Shown: piece by piece, positions 7,434-14,864 of the stretch
How positions within the stretch are numbered: position 1 is the first letter of the stretch
Layout of the letters: every line of letters begins with the position of its first letter
IMG/VR virus record: IMGVR_UViG_3300043443_000066
Span: 1 to 38,206 of that record
Origin: a virus
Taxonomy: Duplodnaviria; Caudoviricetes
Strand: one strand, 5' to 3'
Length of the DNA stretch: 38,206 nucleotides
Notes under the pieces: generated by a model
Database searches by the model: none
Told to the model about the DNA's origin: nothing
Seen by the model: the letters and a program-made list of their open reading frames with translations, nothing else
Position numbers and translations under genes: made by a program

Positions 7434-9037
7434 AGTGTTTCAATAACCTCAGTCATGCGACCGGTCACTTTGTCGTACATCACCGCACCAGCAGGGCCAG
7501 TCTCGCCGCTGTATCGGTTTTTGATAACACGCAAGCGTGTCGTATTGCGTTCAATCGGATCATCTGACTGTGCATGACGCTCTAATCCTAGCACCATGTC
7601 TGCCAACTGTCCAATACTTCCTGAACCCCTCAACTGAGCCAAGGAAGTAGCCGCACCTTCCTCATGGCCTTTGTTGCCATCTGGCCTGCGGAGATGAGAC
7701 ACCGCAAACAAAGTAATGCCAGTCTCTTGAACCAGCATCCTAAGCTTAGTCATAATCTCATCAATGGCTTTGCGCTCATCACCATGCGACTGGTCAGAGA
7801 TGACAATAGAGATATGATCTAGGAAAACATACTTACAATCCAGTCCCTTTGCCATGTAACGCACCCTTGACACAATGTTGTCAATTGAATTAGACCCAAA
7901 GCTGTCATAGAGATAAAGCCTGTCAGAGCCTAGCGTCATGTCATAGGCTTTTTGTTTCTCTACATCGGTGGCTTCAGTCTCTGCTAAATGCAAAGGCTTA
8001 TTGATCGCCAAAGACATGATAGACAAGCCTGTCTTCCTGACTGATTCCTCCAAGAACATCAGGCCAATGTTGTCGCTAGTGCTGGTCAGGAGTGTCCAGA
8101 CGCATTCACGCAGAAACTGTGACTTGCCAAGGCCGCTACCAGCCGTCACCACCACCATTTCCTGTGACCGAATACCACCTGTCAAGTCATTCAGTGATGC
8201 AAACGGATAGAATGCCGATGCTTTTTCCAATGGAGCCATTACAGCGTCATAGAGTGATGATCCGGTAATAATTCCATCGGGGATATATTGCTCTGAAGCC
8301 CACCATAGCCTGACAAAGTCTGCAGACTTGTTGACGCTGGAATAGTCGCATGCGTCCTTGAATCCTTCAGCATGTTTAAAAATCTTTACTTTAGAACCGA
8401 AGATTTCAGCGACTGCATTAGCGGCTTTCTGTCCGGGTTCATCTGCATCGAAACATAGCACAATGCTATCGAACCTGTCTAACCACTCATACGCCTTCTG
8501 GCAGTCCTTCGCCGCACCACTAGCACCATTCTTGACTGAAACACAAGGATATTTAGAACCTAGCATTTGAAAGCCTGCTAATGCGTCTAGTTCACCCTCA
8601 AAGACTGTTACAGCCTTGCCGCCAGCATTGAAGCGATCCATGCCGAATAGCGGTTGCTCTGACTTTGTGCGCCAGTAGAAATCCTTATCCGCTACTTTCC
8701 TGACTTTGATACCGCTTCCGTAAGGATAGAAGTGTTCATCATCATTTTGGGTCACGCCATAGAATTTTGTCGTGTCTTTTACGATTCCACGATCAGGAAG
8801 GCTACGAAACTCTCCCAAAGGGGTCACGAAGGCCCCTAAAACGCTCTCAGTGCCTTTGCTAGGAATTTTTGATTTCAAGGTATCAACCGGATCGTCAGCG
8901 TCCTGTATGGCTGTTTTATCGTAAACATTGCAACGATAACAGTAGCCGTGTCCGTCATCGTAGACACCATATGCATCAGACGATGGACAATGCGGACAGG
9001 CAACATGCTTTAAAAGTTTACTTTCTGTTTTCAACAT
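7430..9037 (-). CDS. DNA primase-helicase (T7 gp4-like)
   Basis: Zn-binding CPHC...CYRC, TOPRIM EGELDAL and FDADEPG, Walker A AGSGLGKS, FLDHISI, VSHLRR, KNRYSG. Confidence 0.97.
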   Translation of the reverse strand: MLKTESKLLKHVACPHCPSSDAYGVYDDGHGYCYRCNVYDKTAIQDADDPVDTLKSKIPSKGTESVLGAFVTPLGEFRSLPDRGIVKDTTKFYGVTQNDDEHFYPYGSGIKVRKVADKDFYWRTKSEQPLFGMDRFNAGGKAVTVFEGELDALAGFQMLGSKYPCVSVKNGASGAAKDCQKAYEWLDRFDSIVLCFDADEPGQKAANAVAEIFGSKVKIFKHAEGFKDACDYSSVNKSADFVRLWWASEQYIPDGIITGSSLYDAVMAPLEKASAFYPFASLNDLTGGIRSQEMVVVTAGSGLGKSQFLRECVWTLLTSTSDNIGLMFLEESVRKTGLSIMSLAINKPLHLAETEATDVEKQKAYDMTLGSDRLYLYDSFGSNSIDNIVSRVRYMAKGLDCKYVFLDHISIVISDQSHGDERKAIDEIMTKLRMLVQETGITLFAVSHLRRPDGNKGHEEGAATSLAQLRGSGSIGQLADMVLGLERHAQSDDPIERNTTRLRVIKNRYSGETGPAGAVMYDKVTGRMTEVIETL

Positions 9038-9218
9038 CGAAATACCTTTCCTCTGTTTTCTTTGCCGCTATAACAGAATCTGCTATGTCTAGCCAGATAT
9101 CAGGCTTGCGTAGCCGCCTGTTAAGGGTAGACACAACCATAGAGCCATCGACCTCGCCGCATTCAATTAATTCTAAAAGATCATGAATTGCAAATGTAAA
9201 GATTCTTTCTGAGTCCAT
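9018..9218 (-). CDS. Hypothetical protein (66 aa)
   Basis: AAGGA RBS; first gene after the sigma54 site. Confidence 0.6.
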   Translation of the reverse strand: MDSERIFTFAIHDLLELIECGEVDGSMVVSTLNRRLRKPDIWLDIADSVIAAKKTEERYFDVENRK

Positions 9219-9224
9219 TTGATT

Positions 9225-9334
9225 TTTCCTTATCGCTATAAAGTTAATATTGTTAAGATATAGAATTATAGATAATAAAGTTTAAATGCTAATAGCGCTA
9301 ATAACACTATTACACTATATAGTATTATTACATT
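9225..9334. other. AT-rich intergenic tract, candidate replication origin
   Basis: Very AT-rich with short tandem motifs (acactattacactat); lies between a promoter and primase-helicase. Confidence 0.4.
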
Positions 9335-9350
9335 AGCAATATTCGTGCCA
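9335..9350 (-). promoter_or_regulatory. Sigma54 (RpoN) -24/-12 promoter for the replication operon
   Basis: Minus strand TGGCACG-AATA-TTGCT is an exact match to TGGCACG-N4-TTGCW; intergenic and correctly oriented. Confidence 0.75.
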
Positions 9351-9384
9351 ACTGTCTCCACTTCGTCAGAGTGTTCGGAATTGA

Positions 9385-9633
9385 TCATCTATCGCTCCAT
9401 GGGATGTCGTCTTCGATGTCGTCAAAGGGATCGTTGTAGAATTTAATGTCCAATTGATCGACAATCTGATCATCGTCATCTTCAGTCATTAGTCTGGGGT
9501 TACCAAAGGCTAAAACATCGTCTTTAATGCCTGCAAAACATCGTTGGCATAGGGTCAGATATTCCCCAGTTACCAATGACCGCCTAGACGACTCAAAATC
9601 GGTCAATATCTCATCACAGCTTTTACATTTCAT
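9385..9633 (-). CDS. Zn-finger hypothetical protein with acidic tail
   Basis: MKCKSCD...LCQRC; likely ATG at 9633. Confidence 0.7.
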   Translation of the reverse strand: MKCKSCDEILTDFESSRRSLVTGEYLTLCQRCFAGIKDDVLAFGNPRLMTEDDDDQIVDQLDIKFYNDPFDDIEDDIPWSDR

Positions 9634-9781
9634 GGTTTCCAATCCTCTCAAATTGTTCAGCCTTTGCCAGTATAGCATAGGCAAAATTTAGCAGGTCGTC
9701 ATCGCTATGAAATACGATATATCCAAAGTCATCCGTTACTGAATGCTGGTCTAATTCTTCTAAAATGTCTTTGTCAGTCAT
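9623..9781 (-). CDS. Small acidic hypothetical protein (52 aa, MTDKDILEEL...)
   Basis: Not in the ORF track; GGGGG RBS; fills the gap. Confidence 0.55.
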   Translation of the reverse strand: MTDKDILEELDQHSVTDDFGYIVFHSDDDLLNFAYAILAKAEQFERIGNHEM

Positions 9782-9858
9782 AAAACCCCCATAAAGGCCT
9801 CTAAAAGGCCGTTAGAACCGCTAGAATAGTCTAGCCTATACCTACCTATACCAACACT

Positions 9859-9975
9859 CTACCATCGGCTTAGAAGGCCGTTTAAGCGGTAGCAGTAGCG
9901 ACATGCATACAATCGCCTTTTCCAATGCCACGACATCGGCCTTGCGCAGTCACCGCATAGTGGATTTTGCATCAT
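9859..9975 (-). CDS. Possible 38-aa Zn-ribbon protein (CGDC...CRYC)
   Basis: GGGGA RBS plus ATG; two CxxC pairs. Confidence 0.45.
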   Translation of the reverse strand: MMQNPLCGDCARPMSWHWKRRLYACRYCYRLNGLLSRW

Positions 9976-10153
9976 CGTCCCCCAATAGTCGGTCATAAAT
10001 AGACGAAACCGGCTTTCCCTTGTTTAGGTTATCTGCGAAGGCCTGAGCCACCTTAGGATTGCCAAACAAGCCGATCCCGTCTTGATCATGTGGCCCTGCT
10101 ATGACATCCCAATAAACCGAATGAAAGTAAACTAGCTTTCTGATTGTGTACAT
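9950..10153 (-). CDS. Early hypothetical protein
   Basis: GGAGG RBS. Confidence 0.65.
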   Translation of the reverse strand: MYTIRKLVYFHSVYWDVIAGPHDQDGIGLFGNPKVAQAFADNLNKGKPVSSIYDRLLGDDDAKSTMR

Positions 10154-10317
10154 TCTGCCTCCAAAGATTCTAGAAATTCGATAGCGTCTGTTAACGCATC
10201 ATTTATTGAATAGTCTGATCCTGCATCTGCACTAGGCATAGCCTTTGTCTTAGCAGGTAGAGCATTGCGAATGTCATACAGACCGAATAGAGCATTTTGC
10301 AGTTGTTCTAGATCCAT
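10132..10317 (-). CDS. Early hypothetical protein
   Basis: AGGGGG RBS. Confidence 0.65.
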   Translation of the reverse strand: MDLEQLQNALFGLYDIRNALPAKTKAMPSADAGSDYSINDALTDAIEFLESLEAECTQSES

Positions 10318-10318
10318 G

Positions 10319-10456
10319 TTAGCCCCCTATGACCAGTGCCAATGCGATAGCGGCATAGAAGCCTAGGCAGGCCACAATCAAGGCCAGCCAGAACACAATC
10401 CCGCCTTTGCATAGTTCAGAGTCAAGCCAATCGTCAAATGTTTGTTTGTTTTTCAT
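10319..10456 (-). CDS. Small single-TM membrane protein (45 aa, MKNKQTFDDWL...)
   Basis: Not in the ORF track; GGAG RBS; hydrophobic C-terminus. Confidence 0.6.
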   Translation of the reverse strand: MKNKQTFDDWLDSELCKGGIVFWLALIVACLGFYAAIALALVIGG

Positions 10457-10460
10457 GGTT

Positions 10461-10706
10461 TTATTCTCCAATGTCTGAAAGTATTAATTTTTGACACGCT
10501 GCAGGCAAGGCATCAAAGCTAATCCGCTTGCCCAAGTGTTTTCCCGGTTGGGCTGAACAATACTGACCAAAGCCTTGCGGATGGGTTGGATTCTCAGACA
10601 TGCCCCTAGCGCCATATAGTCCAACGCCTTCAGAGATTGTCATATAAACCGCCGTGTATCGGTCAAATGTTTTACCGCCATTGTCATAAATGCGAATGTT
10701 TTTCAT
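10461..10706 (-). CDS. Early conserved hypothetical protein (YDNGGKTFDRYT family)
   Basis: AAGGA RBS before ATG at 10706. Confidence 0.75.
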   Translation of the reverse strand: MKNIRIYDNGGKTFDRYTAVYMTISEGVGLYGARGMSENPTHPQGFGQYCSAQPGKHLGKRISFDALPAACQKLILSDIGE

Positions 10707-10716
10707 TGTGTTTTCC

Positions 10717-11088
10717 TTAGCATGAGCGGATGAGATACTCGACACCATCAAAATCAACAGAAGCATAGTCCTGCTCGATGTTGGAAGCCGTGGCCTCTTT
10801 ATCGATTTTGATATACCAAGGCATGTTTCGTGGCAGATCTCCACAATCCGCTAGCATGTCCATTACATAATCGACAAAGTATGACCGGCGAATGAGAGTC
10901 TCGCCGTGTTGCCAATCGCTAGACTCTGGCTCGGCTTCTTCTGCTAGGACTTTGAGGCTTAGCAATTCTGCTAGATCCTCTTTTGAGATTTCAGAGGGAG
11001 CATAAGACGATAGCTCTTCGATTCTCTCGATGATGTCACGGCTATCGATGATGTCTTGATCGTTGGTGATTTCGTTTGTCATGGTCAT
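10717..11088 (-). CDS. Acidic early protein, ArdA-like antirestriction candidate
   Basis: 29 D/E versus 10 K/R; C-terminal CGDLPRNMPWYIKIDKEATASNIEQDY resembles the ArdA C-terminal motif; GGAG RBS. Confidence 0.55.
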   Translation of the reverse strand: MTMTNEITNDQDIIDSRDIIERIEELSSYAPSEISKEDLAELLSLKVLAEEAEPESSDWQHGETLIRRSYFVDYVMDMLADCGDLPRNMPWYIKIDKEATASNIEQDYASVDFDGVEYLIRSC

Positions 11089-11134
11089 TCTCCAAAGTTA
11101 GGATACTGCGAAGGGAACTACAGGCTAATGTTAG

Positions 11135-11168
11135 CCCATCAAAGCCCTGCATGCAAGGCCTTGATGGA
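11135..11168 (-). other. Long RNA hairpin, candidate RNase III processing site
   Basis: Minus-strand UCCAUCAAGGCCUUGC/GCAGGGCUUUGAUGGG forms 15-16 bp; the G-U pairs work only on the transcribed strand; no U-tract. Confidence 0.55.
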
Positions 11169-11173
11169 TAGCA

Positions 11174-11398
11174 CTAGACTTTGACCAAGGTTTTTGTCTC
11201 ATTGTCGAATTGATAGACTGAGTCTGGCACCTTTAGCGAAGCTGCGCGGATGATGGACTGGTGTCCGCGATAGTGCCGGTCTGATAGCAACTCAGCCGCG
11301 AACAATCGCGCCTCTCTGAAGCTACAAAAAGGCCCTTGCCGGTCTACAATGTAGCCGCTAGCGTTCGCGGTTAGGACGGTGTAACAGTTGGCTTGCAT
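11174..11398 (-). CDS. Early hypothetical protein (74 aa)
   Basis: AAGGGGA RBS before ATG at 11398. Confidence 0.65.
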   Translation of the reverse strand: MQANCYTVLTANASGYIVDRQGPFCSFREARLFAAELLSDRHYRGHQSIIRAASLKVPDSVYQFDNETKTLVKV

Positions 11399-11412
11399 GA
11401 TTGTCCCCTTCC

Positions 11413-11676
11413 TTAGATTGTTGATCCGTATTCTATAGCGAATACAGGCTCTCTGGTGGCTTTGTCGACAATGACTAGGTTCCACTGGTCATCCTCAACA
11501 TCGGCGGCCTGAGAGTCGGTTATAAAGCCCTGCCACTGCATCTCTCTCAGAATCAAGTCATCGTCTTCGATAGAGACTAGTTCGATCGTGCCAGCATTGT
11601 GCCAGCTATTCCATTCGTATCCGTCTTCCTGATTACCCCATGCGTCAATGCTCAATACTTTGTAGGTCTTATTCAT
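11413..11676 (-). CDS. Acidic early hypothetical protein
   Basis: AAGGGGA RBS; 18 D/E versus 5 K/R. Confidence 0.75.
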   Translation of the reverse strand: MNKTYKVLSIDAWGNQEDGYEWNSWHNAGTIELVSIEDDDLILREMQWQGFITDSQAADVEDDQWNLVIVDKATREPVFAIEYGSTI

Positions 11677-11686
11677 GATTGTCCCC

Positions 11687-11857
11687 TTACTCGGTTACGA
11701 ATTGATAGGTGTTGATGCAATACTTAAAGTCTGGTGCTAGAGCTTTCTCAGCCTCTAGAGCTTTCTCTGCCATCTCTAGGGTGCGATAGCCTCTGATGTT
11801 AAACCAGCCCTCGTATGCGTTTCCTTTGTGGGCGTATTGGATCATAAAGATAGTCAT
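11687..11857 (-). CDS. First early hypothetical protein (56 aa)
   Basis: AAGGA RBS before ATG at 11857. Confidence 0.65.
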   Translation of the reverse strand: MTIFMIQYAHKGNAYEGWFNIRGYRTLEMAEKALEAEKALAPDFKYCINTYQFVTE

Positions 11858-11922
11858 GGTTTTTTCCTTTGTGTAGGTTACAAACTGCATCGGTTAAATT
11901 TCAAGCCTTACACTACTATATG

Positions 11923-11938
11923 TGAGAAAACCGTGCCA
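11923..11938 (-). promoter_or_regulatory. Sigma54-like site upstream of early genes (perfect -24, degenerate -12)
   Basis: Minus strand TGGCACG-GTTT-TCTCA. Confidence 0.4.
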
Positions 11939-12055
11939 CAAGACTTGTAGGGTTATTTAAACGGCTAGGACAAGCCATTCTTGCAATCTAGGGGTTTTCA
12001 CCTATGACGGCAGAATAAGGCTTCGCAGGCAATCAGATATGTTAGTGGTCACTCT

Positions 12056-12071
12056 TGGCATGGTAGTTGCT
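12056..12071 (+). promoter_or_regulatory. Sigma54 -24/-12 site
   Basis: TGGCATG-GTAG-TTGCT, one mismatch to consensus. Confidence 0.6.
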
Positions 12072-12075
12072 ATGA

Positions 12076-12113
12076 TGCACCAGCATAGTGCAATGATGCC
12101 TTATAGTGGTGCA
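12076..12113. promoter_or_regulatory. Two tandem NtrC-type boxes
   Basis: TGCACCA-GCA-TAGTGCA (12076-12092, 13/14) and TGCCTTA-TAG-TGGTGCA (12097-12113, 11/14) versus TGCACCA-N3-TGGTGCA; 21-bp spacing. Confidence 0.6.
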
Positions 12114-12182
12114 ACATCATCCCCTACACTGCGCTGCGCAACACTATACAATTTTATATAATATCTTTTCCTTAAGTGTTCT

Positions 12183-12237
12183 ATGTAAGTCAGCACTAAC
12201 TAACTTATCAGCTTTGACCATGTAAGTAAGCGCTAAC
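12183..12237 (+). repeat. 18-bp imperfect direct repeat (ATGTAAGTMAGCRCTAAC)
   Basis: Copies at 12183-12200 and 12220-12237, 16/18 identical; inverted related copy at 12038-12053. Confidence 0.7.
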
Positions 12238-12416
12238 ATACCGGGGGTGGGGGTGGTTGTGACTGTGTTAATTTTGATGAACCAACATTGACTTACAAAA
12301 AAGAAAAAATAGACTATGCTGAGGCCGCTATAAGTCTATGAAATACAATATAAAAAATAAAACATGCTCAGGACAGCGAACATTGCGAAGGACGCCATTA
12401 AAGACAACTAAATAAC

Positions 12417-12445
12417 TTGACATTATTGCTCCGGTGTGTTATAAT
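12417..12445 (+). promoter_or_regulatory. Consensus sigma70 promoter
   Basis: TTGACA-17 bp-TATAAT with extended TG. Confidence 0.9.
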
Positions 12446-12470
12446 TACATAAACACTAAAGGAGTCTGTT

Positions 12471-12968
12471 ATGACAATGTGGGTTAAAGAACTAGACAAC
12501 ATCAGAACACTGCTTGAACAAGGCATGAAGTTAGAAAAGATAGGTAAAAAGTACAATGTTACTCGTCAACGGATCTACCAAGTTCTAACTAAGTACAACA
12601 TTGAAACACCTGAGAAGAACAGGAAGAGTACTTTGCGTGGTAAAGAACCTAAGTACCACTGGTTAGACAGAATGTTAAGAGCAAAGAAGGTATCAAAATC
12701 GCTAAGAATCTATCTGGTAGATAACTTAGAAGTTCCTGATGTGTGTCCAGCTTTAGGCATAACATTGAACTACGATGGACAAGAAACTAGTGGATGGACT
12801 AGAACTGATAACTCTCCTTCTATAGACAGAATAGACAGTAACAAAGGCTATGAACTAGGAAACATACAAATCCTGTCATGGAGGGCTAACAGAATTAAGA
12901 ATGACTCTACACCAGAAGAGTTGATGAAGATTGCTAAATACATAGAGTCTTTACAAAATATTGCTTGA
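12471..12968 (+). CDS. HNH-family endonuclease with N-terminal HTH
   Basis: LEKIGKKYNVTRQRIYQ HTH; CPALG...PSIDRIDSNKGYELGNIQILSWRANRIK beta-beta-alpha-Me motif; AAGGAG RBS. Confidence 0.85.
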   Translation: MTMWVKELDNIRTLLEQGMKLEKIGKKYNVTRQRIYQVLTKYNIETPEKNRKSTLRGKEPKYHWLDRMLRAKKVSKSLRIYLVDNLEVPDVCPALGITLNYDGQETSGWTRTDNSPSIDRIDSNKGYELGNIQILSWRANRIKNDSTPEELMKIAKYIESLQNIA

Positions 12969-12993
12969 GGTTATAATATTTTTATGCTAGAAT
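12950..12993 (+). promoter_or_regulatory. Overlapping sigma70-like promoters upstream of terminase
   Basis: TTTACA-16-TATAAT (12950-12977) and TTGAGG-17-TAGAAT with extended TG (12965-12993). Confidence 0.5.
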
Positions 12994-13141
12994 ATTCCTT
13001 AATATAGGACTTCGTAAGACGACGAACATTAAGATTAAGATTTAGAAAAAAACTCTTTCTAAAGCGATCTAACAGCGTAACGACGAAGAACAATATTGTA
13101 AGCAAAGTAGCCTTTCTTTTTAGAAAGAGAACTAAATAAAA

Positions 13142-13603
13142 ATGAATACTAAAGATGATGGCTCTTTAAATGAGACTGTCTCCGAGGTCTCTAAGGTTTC
13201 GGAGCCTGTCTTAAAGCCGCTAGGCGCTAACCGCAGAAACACTCGTGGTGGTCGGCCTAAGAAGTCTGAGATAGAGAAGCGTCTTAGAAAAGATCCTACC
13301 AGAGGTCGTGGTCGTCCTCCCGGTGAGGCGCAGAAGATTAAAGAGTTAATGGCAAGGATGCTGTTAACTAACGGTGAGAATGTTCTTCAAAAGACAATTA
13401 ACATTGCTCTTGATGACAACCACCAGCATCAGATGGCAGCGATAAAGTTGTTGATGGATAGAGCGTTACCGACTTCGTTCTTTGAAAATAAAGATTCCAA
13501 TGCTGGCTCTGGCAGCGGCATAGTTATTAACATCTCTGGTCTTACACCAAAGATAGAGTCTTCAAATGATGTTATAGATGTAGAGGTTGACAGTGGAACT
13601 TAA
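13142..13603 (+). CDS. terS: Terminase small subunit
   Basis: GRPKK and GRPPG motifs, AAIKLLMDRALP, C-terminal IVINISG; directly upstream of terL. Confidence 0.75.
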   Translation: MNTKDDGSLNETVSEVSKVSEPVLKPLGANRRNTRGGRPKKSEIEKRLRKDPTRGRGRPPGEAQKIKELMARMLLTNGENVLQKTINIALDDNHQHQMAAIKLLMDRALPTSFFENKDSNAGSGSGIVINISGLTPKIESSNDVIDVEVDSGT

Positions 13604-14849
13604 TTGGTCACTTCTACCTTGGCAGTTAGAGGTATGGCAGGACAACCACAGGTTTAAGGTTATTGCTGCTGGTCGTCGATGTGGTAAGAGTAACCTAGCC
13701 ATTAAGATGCTTCTAGCAAAGGCGCTAGAGGCTCCTGAAGGCTCTGCTGTGGTGTATGTAGCACCAACGCTAGGTCAGGCTAGGCAGATTGCTTGGGATG
13801 CCTTGCTAGACCAAGGTAGGCCAGTGATAAAGCAAGCGCATGTGAACAACATGGACATTACGCTTGTAACTGGTAGGAAGATTCATATTAGGTCTGCAGA
13901 GAACCCTGATGCTCTGCGAGGATTGAAGTTGTATTTCTGTGTGATCGATGAAGCAGCGTTCGTTAAGGAAGATGTTTTCACCAAAATCCTGCGACCAGCA
14001 TTGGCAGACTTAAAAGGTGATGCTGTTCTAATTAGTACCCCTGATGGTCGCAACTGGTTCTATGATGCTTTTAAAACTGGTTCCTCTGGAGGTAGTGCAG
14101 ATTGGAAAAGTTGGCACTTAACTACCAAAGATAATCCCACGATTGACCCTGAAGAGATACAAGCAGCAAAGGAAACACTGAGTAGCTTTCACTTTAACCA
14201 AGAGTTTATGGCTTCCTTTACCAACAGTGGTAGCGGAATGTTTAAAGAAGAATGGTTAAAGTATGGCAGTGAACCCAAGGAAGGTTCATGGTATATAGCG
14301 ATTGACTTGGCTGGGTTTAAGGATGTAGCCAATGCCAGCACCGCTGCACAGAAGCGCCTAGACCAGAGTGCTATTGCAGTAGTGAAGGCCACTGATGATG
14401 GTAAATGGTTTGTAGAAAAGATTGAGCATGGACGCTGGGATATTGATGAGACAGCCATGCGTATTCTTAAGAATGTAGAAGAATACAAACCGATGGCGGT
14501 AGGGATTGAGAAGGGTATGGCAAGGCAGGCAGTATTGGGGCCGCTACAATCCTTGATGAGAAGGTATAACAATTACTTTCACATTGAAGAATTAACACAC
14601 GGTAATCAGAAGAAGACTGACAGGATTATGTGGAGTCTCCAAGGAAACTTTGAACACTCCCGCATTATCCTTAATGGTGATGAAGACTGGTCTGAGTTTG
14701 TTGACCAGTATTTGATGTTCCCATCAACTCAGGTTCACGATGACTTGATTGATGCTCTTTCTTATGTTGACCAGCTTGCTAAAACAATCAACATGGAAGA
14801 GTTTGATGAAGAAGAGTGGACACCGATGGACGATGTTGTAGGTTACTAA
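13587..14849 (+). CDS. terL: Terminase large subunit
   Basis: Walker A AGRRCGKS, Walker B VIDEAA, ISTP, nuclease IAIDLA and HDDLIDAL. Confidence 0.97.
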   Translation: MTVELNWSLLPWQLEVWQDNHRFKVIAAGRRCGKSNLAIKMLLAKALEAPEGSAVVYVAPTLGQARQIAWDALLDQGRPVIKQAHVNNMDITLVTGRKIHIRSAENPDALRGLKLYFCVIDEAAFVKEDVFTKILRPALADLKGDAVLISTPDGRNWFYDAFKTGSSGGSADWKSWHLTTKDNPTIDPEEIQAAKETLSSFHFNQEFMASFTNSGSGMFKEEWLKYGSEPKEGSWYIAIDLAGFKDVANASTAAQKRLDQSAIAVVKATDDGKWFVEKIEHGRWDIDETAMRILKNVEEYKPMAVGIEKGMARQAVLGPLQSLMRRYNNYFHIEELTHGNQKKTDRIMWSLQGNFEHSRIILNGDEDWSEFVDQYLMFPSTQVHDDLIDALSYVDQLAKTINMEEFDEEEWTPMDDVVGY

Positions 14850-14864
14850 CCAAGGAATCATAGA

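Noticed and set aside
11945-12145. Other possible host factor sites (TAGGGGGTTTTCACCTA dyad, TGCGCTGCGCAACA, IHF-like AATCAGATATGTTA)
   Set aside because: Single degenerate matches that I cannot assign reliably without PWM scoring.
12183-12240. Mini CRISPR array
   Set aside because: Only two 18-bp imperfect repeats with a 19-bp gap and no cas genes.
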